Positions 1 to 9,190 of a DNA stretch of 64,000 nucleotides are shown one piece after another; position 1 is the stretch's first letter, and the number at the start of each line of letters is the position of its first letter. The DNA is from an uncultured Candidatus Saccharibacteria bacterium (GTDB lineage: Bacteria > Patescibacteriota > Doudnabacteria > UBA920). Below the pieces are notes generated by a model, which did no database searches, was not told the origin of the DNA, and worked only from the letters and a program-made list of their open reading frames with translations. Location of the stretch: positions 3,168 through 67,167 of the forward strand of contig CAYTCJ010000003.1 of assembly GCA_964436545.1 (NCBI GenBank). The letters are read 5' to 3'. Position numbers and translations under genes: made by a program.

Positions 1-673
1 GTTTTTAGGTAAGCCGTTAATTACTCATTTATTGGGCAGAATTGCCCGAATTGCAAAAAGTCAAAAACCCATAATTGTGGTGGGTTTTTTGGCGGACAAA
101 GTTAAGCAGGCTCTAGGGACTAGGTATGAATATGTGCTCCAAGCCGAGCAGTTAGGCACAGCTCATGCGGTGAAGTGCGCAAAAGATGCGGTGGATGCCG
201 AGAATCTGTTAGTGCTATATGGCGACATGCCGTTTATTACCGAAGAAAGTTTAAGAAAATTTATTCGCATGCACCACGATAACCAAGCTCAAATTAGCAT
301 GCTCACCACCAAAGTGCCTAATTTTCAAAAAGAGTATGCGGGCTTTGAACATTTTGGGAGAATTGTGCGCAGTCCCTCGCTTCTCGCCAAGGGTAAAGAC
401 ATAGTTAAAATTACGGAATTTAAAGACGCCAGCGAAGCCGAAAAGGCCATTAAAGAAATTAACCCCGGAGTATACATGTTCAGCACAGCGTGGCTGTGGC
501 CGAACCTTAAAAAAATTAAAAATAAAAACGCGCAAAAAGAATATTACTTAACCGATATTGTGGAAATTGCCATTGCCCAAAAAGTAAAAATTTATAGTTT
601 GGAAGTCTCGCCCAAAGAAGTTATGGGGATTAATTCACTTGAAGATTTGGAATTGGCGGAAAAGGCTTTTTAG
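1..673 (+). CDS. GlmU-like N-terminal uridyltransferase (NTP_transferase), 5' truncated by window edge, no C-terminal acetyltransferase domain
   Basis: Motifs QAEQLGTAHAV, LYGDMP, EFKDA..EINPG, NAQKEYYLTD; the ORF stops right after GINS..DL. Confidence 0.85.
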   Translation, partial: FLGKPLITHLLGRIARIAKSQKPIIVVGFLADKVKQALGTRYEYVLQAEQLGTAHAVKCAKDAVDAENLLVLYGDMPFITEESLRKFIRMHHDNQAQISMLTTKVPNFQKEYAGFEHFGRIVRSPSLLAKGKDIVKITEFKDASEAEKAIKEINPGVYMFSTAWLWPNLKKIKNKNAQKEYYLTDIVEIAIAQKVKIYSLEVSPKEVMGINSLEDLELAEKAF

Positions 674-939
674 GTTTTGGGTTTTTTAAGATTAGGTTTT
701 AGGTGTAAAAGATAAGTGTTGGACTGCGAAGTCAATTAATTTTAAAAAATAGTGGATATTTACCCAGCAAGTCATTTTTAATTTTCATATAACTTTAAAT
801 TTTGGTTATCAATGAGTTTGTGATTAATGTTTGTGGGTAAGTAAAGTTGTACTGCTGGGTCATACTCTGTTTCCGCATAGCTTAGCGGGATTTTTTTATT
901 GCCTTTTTAAGTAATTTGGAGTACTATTTATATATGATA

Positions 940-960
940 AAGTATGATAGTATCATACTT
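940..960. promoter_or_regulatory. Perfect 10-1-10 palindrome AAGTATGATA-G-TATCATACTT, candidate operator
   Basis: Read directly; the same core recurs at 2616-2632. Confidence 0.6.
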
Positions 961-1061
961 TTTTGTTCTTTCCAGTTTGGAATGGCTCGTCTCCCTACGG
1001 GAGACAGGCAAGTTTTGGTAGCAAAATTGTTCTGATATTGCAAGTAAAGCAATTTTATTAT

Positions 1062-1145
1062 TGTCATGCTGAATTTATTTCAGCATCCAGTTGACATATA
1101 GATTCTGAAACCCACCAGAGGTTGGCAGGCAAGTTCAGAATGACA
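1062..1145. repeat. TGTCATGCTGAA...TTCAGAATGACA composite palindromic repeat with a nested 19-bp insert (1111-1129)
   Basis: TGTCA/TGACA termini and internal hairpins; related copies at 39727-39839, 45481-45563 and 61428-61490. Confidence 0.75.
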
Positions 1146-1299
1146 GAGGAAATTTATTTTCTTTATATTGCTATACAATGATAGGTGTTTTGCTCCCCAA
1201 GCTTGCCTTGCCTTGGTTCTATCCCATGGACTTTAAGGCAGGGTCATTCCTCCAAATCTCAAAAGGGGGAGTGAATAGAAATTGAAGAAGGAGAAGGAA

Positions 1300-2466
1300 A
1301 TGCGGAATTTTATAGCAGAGAGAATTAATGCCGTCCCCCCTTCAGGGATACGGCGTTTTTTTGATATTATTGCTACCATGCCCGAGGTGATCAGTCTCGG
1401 GGTGGGAGAGCCTGACTTCGACACCCCGGAGCAGATCGTATCCGCGGGTGTTCAATCCCTCCACGCTGGCCGGACTCACTACACTTCCAACTACGGGACG
1501 ATTGAGTTGCGTCGGGCGCTCGCGGATCATCTCGATCGTCGTTACGGCGTCCAGTACGACCCACCCACGGAGATCCTGATCACCGTAGGCGCGTCCGAGG
1601 CCGTGGACCTGGCGCTTCGGGCTACCTGCGACCCGGGCGATGAGGTGATTCTCCACGAGCCGAGCTACGTCGCTTACGTTCCCGCGATCGTGTTCGCCGG
1701 CGGCACGGTCGTGCCGGTCGCCACGTGCTTCGAGGACGACTTCGCGCTGGACCCGACGGCGGTGGAGGCCGCGATCACGCCGAGGACAAAGGCACTGTTC
1801 CTGGGCTACCCGTGCAACCCGACCGGCGCGGTATTGCCGGATGCCGTGCAAGACGAGCTGGCCCGGATCGCCGAGCGCCATGACCTGATTGTGTACAGCG
1901 ACGAGATCTACGACCGCCTGGCCTACGGTAGCTACCGCCACCGGGCGTTCAGCTCGCTGCCCGGGATGCGCGAGCGAACGATATTGATGGGCGGCTTCTC
2001 CAAGGCTTACGCGATGACCGGCTGGCGGGTCGGCTACGTCGCGGCACCCGCCCCGATCCTCGAGGGGATGCTGAAAGTCCACCAGTACGGGATCATGTCG
2101 GCGTCCACCGTCGCCCAGGACGCGGCGCTGGCCGCGCTCCAGGCCGGCGAATCCGCGGTCGTCTCGATGGTCGCCGAGTACGACCGACGTCGGCGCTTGT
2201 TGGTCGACGGCCTCAATTGTATCGGCCTCGAGACCTTCGAGCCGCGTGGCGCGTTCTACGCGTTCCCGCGGATCACCTCGACGGGTCTCACGTCCGACGA
2301 GTTCACCGAACGGCTCCTGACCGAGGAGCACATCGCGGTCGTCCCGGGGAGTGCTTTCGGTCCGTCGGGCGCTGGGCACGTGCGCATGTGCTATTGCACT
2401 GCGTACGAAAAGCTCGAGGAGGCTTTGCGCCGAATTGAGCATTTCGTACGTAAAATTAAGGGCTAA
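1300..2466 (+). CDS. PLP-dependent class I/II aminotransferase (aspartate aminotransferase-like), GC-rich core
   Basis: LGVGEPDF, NPTG, SDEIY, GFSKAYAMTGWRVG (PLP lysine); GAAGGAG RBS before ATG 1300. Confidence 0.93.
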   Translation: MRNFIAERINAVPPSGIRRFFDIIATMPEVISLGVGEPDFDTPEQIVSAGVQSLHAGRTHYTSNYGTIELRRALADHLDRRYGVQYDPPTEILITVGASEAVDLALRATCDPGDEVILHEPSYVAYVPAIVFAGGTVVPVATCFEDDFALDPTAVEAAITPRTKALFLGYPCNPTGAVLPDAVQDELARIAERHDLIVYSDEIYDRLAYGSYRHRAFSSLPGMRERTILMGGFSKAYAMTGWRVGYVAAPAPILEGMLKVHQYGIMSASTVAQDAALAALQAGESAVVSMVAEYDRRRRLLVDGLNCIGLETFEPRGAFYAFPRITSTGLTSDEFTERLLTEEHIAVVPGSAFGPSGAGHVRMCYCTAYEKLEEALRRIEHFVRKIKG

Positions 2467-2615
2467 ACGCCCGGCCTTCCCCCGCGCTTGCCGGCGCTGG
2501 GGGCGGGAAACCATTTTCTCCTAACAAACCCAAGAAGCGGAAATGCACCTAGAGGTTTTTAGCCTACCAGCTAAGAATTTTTAGGAGCTTTCCGCTTCTT
2601 CATTTTTTTTGAAGA

Positions 2616-2632
2616 GTATGATACTATCATAC
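2616..2632. promoter_or_regulatory. 8-1-8 palindrome GTATGATA-C-TATCATAC, 4 bp before the ATG of the RHH fusion gene
   Basis: Read directly; reverse complement of the core of the 940-960 site. Confidence 0.65.
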
Positions 2633-2636
2633 ATAT

Positions 2637-3566
2637 ATGCGAGAACGACTTACCATTACTTTAAAACAAGACTTGTTAGAGGCTTTAGATGCCAATATTG
2701 ATGGCGATAAACTTAGAAACAGAAGTCATGCCATTGAATATTATTTGTCTAAAAGTTTAGGGCAAAAAGCTCTTAAAGTGTTAATTTTAGCCGGAGGCAA
2801 ACCGGTAGATTTTGGTAAAGCTCATGGCGGAAAATTACCCAAGGCAATGGTAAAAATTGCGGGTAAGCCACTCTTAGAACAAACTTTGCTAAAATTAAAA
2901 TCTGCCAAATTTAAAGATATCATTATTTCTCTGGGTGAAGGGGGTAAAACTATTAGAGACTATTTTAAAACCGGCGAAGCTTTAGGTTTGCATATTCAAT
3001 ATATTGAACAAGACAAGAGTGTTACCGGGCCGGCCAGCGCCCTCCTTCAGGCAAAAAAATGGGTAGACAATAGTAATTTTTTGTTAATTTATGGAGATGT
3101 GCTTTCGGATATAGATTTTTCTGATTTAATCCAATTCCATTCTTTAAACAAACCCTCCATTTGCACTATGACTTTAACTTCCACTGAAAGCATTGGGCTT
3201 TGGGGTTTGGCCAAACTGCAGGGCAGTCGGGTGGTGGAATTTGAAGAAAAACCGCAAAATCCTAAAACTTTTTCTCGGCTCATTAACGCCGGTATATATT
3301 TAATGGAACCGGGAATTTTTAAATACATTTCACCCCCTCCCAGCCTCCCCCCTCCCTCCTACGCCAAGGCTTCGGAGGACAGCCAAGGGGGAGGAATAAA
3401 GGTGGGGGGAAGTAAATTAGAAAGTGGAATTTTGCCTCGGCTCGCGGAAGAAGGAAAGTTATATGGGTATGTGTATGAAGGTTTATGGTTAGATATTAGT
3501 AATAGCGCAGTGTATAAACAAGCCATAAAAGAAATGAACAAGAATGACAAAAATGAACAAGAATGA
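2637..3566 (+). CDS. Ribbon-helix-helix (CopG/NikR-like) domain fused to a sugar-phosphate nucleotidyltransferase-like domain
   Basis: N-terminus RLTITLKQDLLEALD...NRSHAIEYYL fits the RHH pattern; then ILAGG, LPKAMV.IAGKPLL, YGD, FEEKP, INAGIY, WLDI. Confidence 0.8.
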   Translation: MRERLTITLKQDLLEALDANIDGDKLRNRSHAIEYYLSKSLGQKALKVLILAGGKPVDFGKAHGGKLPKAMVKIAGKPLLEQTLLKLKSAKFKDIIISLGEGGKTIRDYFKTGEALGLHIQYIEQDKSVTGPASALLQAKKWVDNSNFLLIYGDVLSDIDFSDLIQFHSLNKPSICTMTLTSTESIGLWGLAKLQGSRVVEFEEKPQNPKTFSRLINAGIYLMEPGIFKYISPPPSLPPPSYAKASEDSQGGGIKVGGSKLESGILPRLAEEGKLYGYVYEGLWLDISNSAVYKQAIKEMNKNDKNEQE

Positions 3567-3656
3567 CAAAAATCAGCGGAAATTAATTTTGTCAATTTTG
3601 TCATTTATTTAATTTTTGTCATTAAGCCATAGAGGCACATTTTTTATAAAAAATAT

Positions 3657-4679
3657 ATGAATAAAAGAATATCAGCAAACTCTAAAATACGCATTGCACT
3701 TAATGGTTTGGGTAGAATTGGCAGGATTTTTTTACGCCAAGCTTGGAATAACCCAAAGTTTGAAATTGTAGCTTTACATAGCCGTTCAGGTTTAGAGATG
3801 TATGCCCATTTATTAAAGTACGATTCCACCTACGGGGTGTGGGAGAAAGCGGTAAGCGTGAAAGGTAATAATTTAGTGATTGCCGGGAAGGTTTTTCCGT
3901 TTGTGAGCGATGAAGGCGGTTTGCCTTGGGGGGATTTAAAGGTAGATATGGTAGTTGATGCCACGGGGAGATATACCAAAAAAAGTGAAGCTACTAAACA
4001 TTTGGCGCAAGGGGCAAAATATATGGTATGCACCGCGCCCATGGACGATGCGGACGAGACTTTTGTGTTTGGTGCCAACCATAAAACTTTCAATCCCAAA
4101 AAGCATAAAATTATTTCGGCCGGCAGTTGCACTACCGTGTGCAGTACTTTAAGTTTAAAAGTGTTAGAAGAAAATTTTGGCGTTAAGCAAGGGGTAATTA
4201 ATACCGTGCATGCGTTTACGGGCGACCAAATGCTCTTGGATGGGAGCCATAAAGATTTAAGACGCGCGCGCGGAGCCAGCCAGAGCATTATCCCAACTAC
4301 CAGTGGTGTATCTAAAACCATTGTGGGGCTTTACCCTCATTTGAAGGGAAAAATTTCCGCGTTATCTTTGCGGGTGCCGGTGCCTGACCCTTCGGTGGTG
4401 GTGTTAAGCGCGGAGCTAAAAACCGCAATTACCGAAGCGCAGTTACGCCAAGCTTTTATTCAGGCTTCCCGTAATAACTTAAAAGGTTTATTGGCGGTGA
4501 GTGAATTGCCTTTAGTATCCGTGGATTTTAAAGGGAACAGTCACGGGGCTGTGGTGGATTTATATAGTAGCAGTCTGGTTAATGAAAAGTTAATTAATCT
4601 TTTAGCTTGGTACGATAACGAGTGGGGTTATGTAGCGCAAACCATAAAGCTTTTAGAGTACTTGGCCAGTAAAATTTAA
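3657..4679 (+). CDS. gap: Type I glyceraldehyde-3-phosphate dehydrogenase
   Basis: NGLGRIGR, SCTT catalytic Cys, DLRRAR, WYDNEWGY. Confidence 0.95.
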   Translation: MNKRISANSKIRIALNGLGRIGRIFLRQAWNNPKFEIVALHSRSGLEMYAHLLKYDSTYGVWEKAVSVKGNNLVIAGKVFPFVSDEGGLPWGDLKVDMVVDATGRYTKKSEATKHLAQGAKYMVCTAPMDDADETFVFGANHKTFNPKKHKIISAGSCTTVCSTLSLKVLEENFGVKQGVINTVHAFTGDQMLLDGSHKDLRRARGASQSIIPTTSGVSKTIVGLYPHLKGKISALSLRVPVPDPSVVVLSAELKTAITEAQLRQAFIQASRNNLKGLLAVSELPLVSVDFKGNSHGAVVDLYSSSLVNEKLINLLAWYDNEWGYVAQTIKLLEYLASKI

Positions 4680-4680
4680 T

Positions 4681-4720
4681 AAAAAAAACTCGCTCCGATG
4701 AACAACGGAGCGGGTTTTTT
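4681..4720. terminator. Bidirectional intrinsic terminator between gap and the IMPase-family gene
   Basis: A-tract, CGCTCCG/CGGAGCG stem, T-tract between convergent genes. Confidence 0.75.
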
Positions 4721-4728
4721 TATATTTT

Positions 4729-5517
4729 TTAGATTAAGACTGCCTTTTTAAATTCACTTAACATTTGTTTGTGAATGTGTTGGTTACTGCACAAGAAATT
4801 GGTGGTCTGGGTGGTTAACGGTTGGCCGTTAATTTCGGTAATTTTTCCACCCGCTTCAAGCACAATTACCGCTGAGGCGGCAAAATCCCACAGATTGATT
4901 TCATTTTGCAAATAAAAATCATACACACCTTCGGCCACCAAACACATTTCCAGCGTGGCTGAACCCAAAGTTCTCACTTTGTGTAAAATGGGTAAAAGTT
5001 TAGGAAAATTAATTTGGGCTTTTTTAACATTTCTGCCCCAACCAAAACCTCCGTAGGTAAAATTCAGCGATGTTTTATGGGATGCGGAAATTTTTTGCTT
5101 ATTTAAAAATGCGCCTTGGCCTTTTTTTGCCGTCCAGAGTTGTTTGGTAATGGGGTTGAATACCACCCCCACTAAGGGTGTATTGCCTTGCCATAAGCCT
5201 AAAGAAATGCAAGCAAACGGCAGACCTTGAATGTAGTTGGTGGTGCCGTCAATGGGGTCGATTATCCAAACTAAGTCGGTGGGCTTCACTTTGTCTTTGC
5301 TAAATTCTTCACCAATAATTTTATGGGTAGGGAAATGTTGGTGTAAAATTTTTCTAATTTGAAGTTCTATGTTTTTATCGGCGCGACTGACTAAATTGCC
5401 AAAATCATTATTTTTAATTTGGACATTTTTGGCTCTGCCAAAATCTTGTATAAACAGTTTGGCAGAAGCTTTTACCGCGGTTTGTGCGGTTTGTGAAAAT
5501 TTGTGAAGGTTAAACAT
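4729..5517 (-). CDS. Inositol monophosphatase family protein (SuhB / possible class IV FBPase)
   Basis: GEE, WIIDPIDGTTNY, WDFAA. Start moved to MFNLHK because the longer 5' extension is repeat-derived. Confidence 0.9.
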   Translation of the reverse strand: MFNLHKFSQTAQTAVKASAKLFIQDFGRAKNVQIKNNDFGNLVSRADKNIELQIRKILHQHFPTHKIIGEEFSKDKVKPTDLVWIIDPIDGTTNYIQGLPFACISLGLWQGNTPLVGVVFNPITKQLWTAKKGQGAFLNKQKISASHKTSLNFTYGGFGWGRNVKKAQINFPKLLPILHKVRTLGSATLEMCLVAEGVYDFYLQNEINLWDFAASAVIVLEAGGKITEINGQPLTTQTTNFLCSNQHIHKQMLSEFKKAVLI

Positions 5518-5652
5518 ATTACTGATTATACCTGAAAAAGTGATATAATAGAAGTGTGATACTAATCTACTAATACCTACCAATGATACTAATAATACGA
5601 ATCTATTCGTAGTCATTTGTAGATTCGTTTAATTCGTTGATTCGATATACTT

Positions 5653-7023
5653 ATGAGGATAATTGCCGACCTCCAAATTCATAGTAAATATTCTCGTGCT
5701 TGTTCCCAAGACCTTAATCCACAAAATATTGGCTTGTGGGCGCAAAAAAAAGGTATTCAGGTTATTGGCACCGGGGATTTTACGCATCCCAAATGGCTTT
5801 TGGAGTTAAAGGAGAATTTGGTAGAAGCAAAACCGGGGTTGTATCGATTGCGATCTAATTCGGGTCATTCAAATACTATTCGTGGATTCGGGTCGGCTCA
5901 TTTTATGCTTACTGCGGAAGTTTCGAGTATTTACAAACAAGGCGACAAAGTAAGGCGGGTGCACAATATGATTCTGGCGCCGAACTTTCAGGCAGTTGAT
6001 AAAATTATTGCCGGCTTAGAAAAGCGAGGAGCTAATTTAAAAAGTGACGGCCGACCGATTATGGGCATTAAGTGTCCGGATTTGGTAAAGCTGGTTAAAG
6101 AGGCCTCCTTAGAAGCGGAAATTATTCCGGCGCATGCTTGGACTCCGCACTTTGGCGTGTTTGGTTCCTTGTCGGGTTTTAATAGCATAGAGGAAGCGTT
6201 TGGTGAGGAGGCAAAACACATTTTTGCCATTGAAACCGGCCTGTCAGCTGACCCAAAAATGAATTGGCAAATTTCATCGCTCGACCAGTATGCTTTGGTG
6301 TCTAACAGCGATGCGCATAGTTTAAGAAAACTGGGGCGGGAGGCCAATGTGTTTGAAATAGAGGAGAAAAAATTATCTTATGCGGAAATAATTCGCGTGA
6401 TTCGGAATAAAGATCCCAAAGAATTTCTTTACACTTTGGAATTTTTTCCCGAGGAAGGCAAATACCATTTAGATGGCCATGCCGATTGCAAATTTTCTTG
6501 TGAACCTTTGAAAACCCAAAAATTAAAAGGGGTTTGTCCGGTGTGTGGAAAAAAATTATTGGTGGGTGTGTTAAGTCGGGTAGAGGCTTTGGCCGATAGA
6601 GCCTATGGGTTTATGCCGAAACGGGCTGTGCCTTTTAAAAATGTAATTCCGTTAGAAGAAATTATTGCCGATGTGCTGGGTGTGGGGGTGGCATCTAAAC
6701 GAGTGGTGGAGATGTATGAGCGAATGGTGAACTCCTCCCGACCTCCTCTTTCGAAAAGAGGAGGGGTATTGCAGTCACCCCCTCTTTCTTTAAAGAGGGG
6801 GGAGGGGGAGTTGTGTGATGAGTTTTCCATTCTTCTCGATTTAACCGAAGCGCAAATTACCGCCATCTCGAATCCAGCCATAGCCCAAGCCATCATCCGC
6901 GTTCGCGAAGGTAAGGTTAAACTAGAAGGTGGGTATGATGGCGTGTTTGGTAAAATTGAAATTTTTAGCCAAGCAGAAAGGGAAAAATTGTTTTTAAAAC
7001 CTAAACAAGTAACTTTATTTTAA
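5653..7023 (+). CDS. PHP-domain endonuclease Q-family protein with zinc ribbon
   Basis: DLQIHSKYSRA, GTGDFTHP, PAHAWTP, SNSDAHS, GKYHLDGH, CPVCG, GYDGVFG. Confidence 0.85.
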   Translation: MRIIADLQIHSKYSRACSQDLNPQNIGLWAQKKGIQVIGTGDFTHPKWLLELKENLVEAKPGLYRLRSNSGHSNTIRGFGSAHFMLTAEVSSIYKQGDKVRRVHNMILAPNFQAVDKIIAGLEKRGANLKSDGRPIMGIKCPDLVKLVKEASLEAEIIPAHAWTPHFGVFGSLSGFNSIEEAFGEEAKHIFAIETGLSADPKMNWQISSLDQYALVSNSDAHSLRKLGREANVFEIEEKKLSYAEIIRVIRNKDPKEFLYTLEFFPEEGKYHLDGHADCKFSCEPLKTQKLKGVCPVCGKKLLVGVLSRVEALADRAYGFMPKRAVPFKNVIPLEEIIADVLGVGVASKRVVEMYERMVNSSRPPLSKRGGVLQSPPLSLKRGEGELCDEFSILLDLTEAQITAISNPAIAQAIIRVREGKVKLEGGYDGVFGKIEIFSQAEREKLFLKPKQVTLF

Positions 7024-7025
7024 AT

Positions 7026-7769
7026 ATGTTTGGAAAATTGTTTGATAGACTTACTTATTTTGAGCCAACTCGTTTTGAGTTTCTAGATTTAAAACAAGAG
7101 CAAAAAAATCGAGCTCAACATGTTTTGGCTTGGTCAAAAGCAGGTTTGCCTAAAACCGCGTTTGCCTATATGGGAGCGAGTGAGCATACCTTAGAAACTT
7201 ACATTCGCACTGGAAAATTAACGGAGTTTTTTCCAATGGGTGGTGTTCCGATTAATTCTCAAAATGCTCACGCAGAAAGTTTTGGAATTATGAGAGTGAA
7301 TATTTCCCCATATCCTTTAACTGAAAATAGTTTTGAGTTTATTAGAGATAATGATGCAGTTATCTTAGCCCGCAGTCATTTTATTTTGCAAAGTTTAGGT
7401 TTGCCCATAAATCCAGAAACAGTTATGTTGGCTAAAAATTTACCCCTAACACCAGAGGGTGTACTCATTCAGAAAGATTTAGAGACACTCATTGCCATGG
7501 TAGTTGCTAGGGATAGAATTACGGGTGCTGATGCAAGAAATAAAATTTTTGACTTTATGGTTCAAGGACAAGCTTATAAAGGTTATGTGTTAGCTTTAAG
7601 CACCGCAGTAGATAAACCAGAGGTATTATATAGAAATGAAGATCCATATAATGATCAAGTAATTATTTCGCCGGGTTTTGAACAATATATTCTTGGTTTA
7701 GAGGCTTTAGGTGAACATGAAAAAAGTTTTTTAAAAGGTATTGGCAGAGCAACATCCAAAGTCGTTTAA
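7026..7769 (+). CDS. Hypothetical protein
   Basis: 247-aa ORF abutting the upstream gene; no recognised motif. Confidence 0.6.
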   Translation: MFGKLFDRLTYFEPTRFEFLDLKQEQKNRAQHVLAWSKAGLPKTAFAYMGASEHTLETYIRTGKLTEFFPMGGVPINSQNAHAESFGIMRVNISPYPLTENSFEFIRDNDAVILARSHFILQSLGLPINPETVMLAKNLPLTPEGVLIQKDLETLIAMVVARDRITGADARNKIFDFMVQGQAYKGYVLALSTAVDKPEVLYRNEDPYNDQVIISPGFEQYILGLEALGEHEKSFLKGIGRATSKVV

Positions 7770-7779
7770 TTTATTTGAA

Positions 7780-9057
7780 TTAGTTTATTAGTAATTCCTC
7801 AATCTTCATTAACCGGTTATATTTACACACCCGCTCGCCTCGGGTGGGGCCGACTTTAATCCACTCACTACCCATGGCCACGGCAAGGTCAACTAAGAAA
7901 GTGTCATTGGTTTCGCCCCCGCCTCGGTGGGAGGGAATAGTGATGAAATTATATTTTTTAGCTAAAAGGCAAGCCTCGACGGTTTCACTCACCGTGCCGG
8001 CTTGGTTAAGTTTAATTAAAATCGCATTGGCGCATTTTTCATCTATGGCTTTTTGCCAAAGTTTTGCATTAGTTACGGTTAAGTCATCGGCCACAATTTT
8101 TACTGTGCCCGCTTGGCTCATTAATTTTGGCCAATTGCTCCAGTCAAATTCCGAGAGACCGTCTTCCAAAGCTATAATCGGATATTTACGAAACCAATCC
8201 GCATACATAGCAATTATTTCGTCGGAAGTTAGCAGTTTTTTATCCACTTTTAAACTATATTTATTATCACTCAGGAATTCCGAAGCCGCAGCGTCTATGT
8301 AAATGCCCGCATCTGTGATAGCTTGATAGCCGGCTTGTTCTATGGCCTTAGTAAGAATTTGTAAAGGCAGTTCATTGCTGGTAATTCCGGCCGGCGCAAA
8401 AGCGCCTTCGTTGCCGACGTTGGTGTTAAACCCTTGTTGTTTTAAAAGGGTTTTGGTGGCTTGATAAATTTCTTCCATCATTTGCACGTTGGCCTTAGCA
8501 GATTGGTTTTTATTTACCGCTAAAATATACTCTTGTAAATCGGTAGAATTATCGGCATGTTTACCGCCTTCAATAAACACGGCAAGGGGACGAGGTAAGT
8601 TGTAAGTTGTAAGTTGCCTGTCTGCGGACAAGGCAGGTAAGTTGTAAGTATTAGCTAGATATTCATATAATTCCAAGTTTGCATCAGTGGCAGCAGCGCG
8701 GGCAATGGCCATGGAAACCCCCAAAATGGCATTGGCACCCAAATTACTTTTGTTTTCCGTGCCGTCTGCGTCAATCATAAGCCTATCAATTTCCTGTTGA
8801 GCTTTTGCCTCTTTGCCAATTAGTAGAGGTGCGATTTTTGTATTAACATTTGCCGTGGCCTGAAGCATACCTTTGCCGTTATAGCGTTTCACTTCACTAT
8901 CGAGCAAAACAAAAGCTTCTTTACTGCCTGCCGACTCGCCATAAGACACGCTGGCTGTGCCGACACAATTATTTTCTAAGACAACGTCCACCTCTAAAGA
9001 GGGCGCGCCACCGCTAGCTAAGATTTCTCTTGCAAAAATGTGTTTGATTTTGGTCAT
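7780..9057 (-). CDS. eno: Enolase (divergent)
   Basis: AREIL, LGANAILGVS, GGKHA, DAAASEF, EDG, DDLTVTN, LIKLNQAG, SHR. Confidence 0.9.
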   Translation of the reverse strand: MTKIKHIFAREILASGGAPSLEVDVVLENNCVGTASVSYGESAGSKEAFVLLDSEVKRYNGKGMLQATANVNTKIAPLLIGKEAKAQQEIDRLMIDADGTENKSNLGANAILGVSMAIARAAATDANLELYEYLANTYNLPALSADRQLTTYNLPRPLAVFIEGGKHADNSTDLQEYILAVNKNQSAKANVQMMEEIYQATKTLLKQQGFNTNVGNEGAFAPAGITSNELPLQILTKAIEQAGYQAITDAGIYIDAAASEFLSDNKYSLKVDKKLLTSDEIIAMYADWFRKYPIIALEDGLSEFDWSNWPKLMSQAGTVKIVADDLTVTNAKLWQKAIDEKCANAILIKLNQAGTVSETVEACLLAKKYNFITIPSHRGGGETNDTFLVDLAVAMGSEWIKVGPTRGERVCKYNRLMKIEELLIN

Positions 9058-9190
9058 ATGGAATGGTTAATCTTTTAGGTATTATATGCAAAATTGGTTA
9101 AATCCGCAAAAATTGATATAATCGTAATAGATTTAGATTAATTAGGTTTTGTCAGGGGAGAGGAGTAAAAAAAAGTAAAAGAATAAAAAA

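Noticed and set aside
1342-2514. 390-aa minus-strand ORF
   Set aside because: Antisense shadow of the GC-rich aminotransferase; no motifs.
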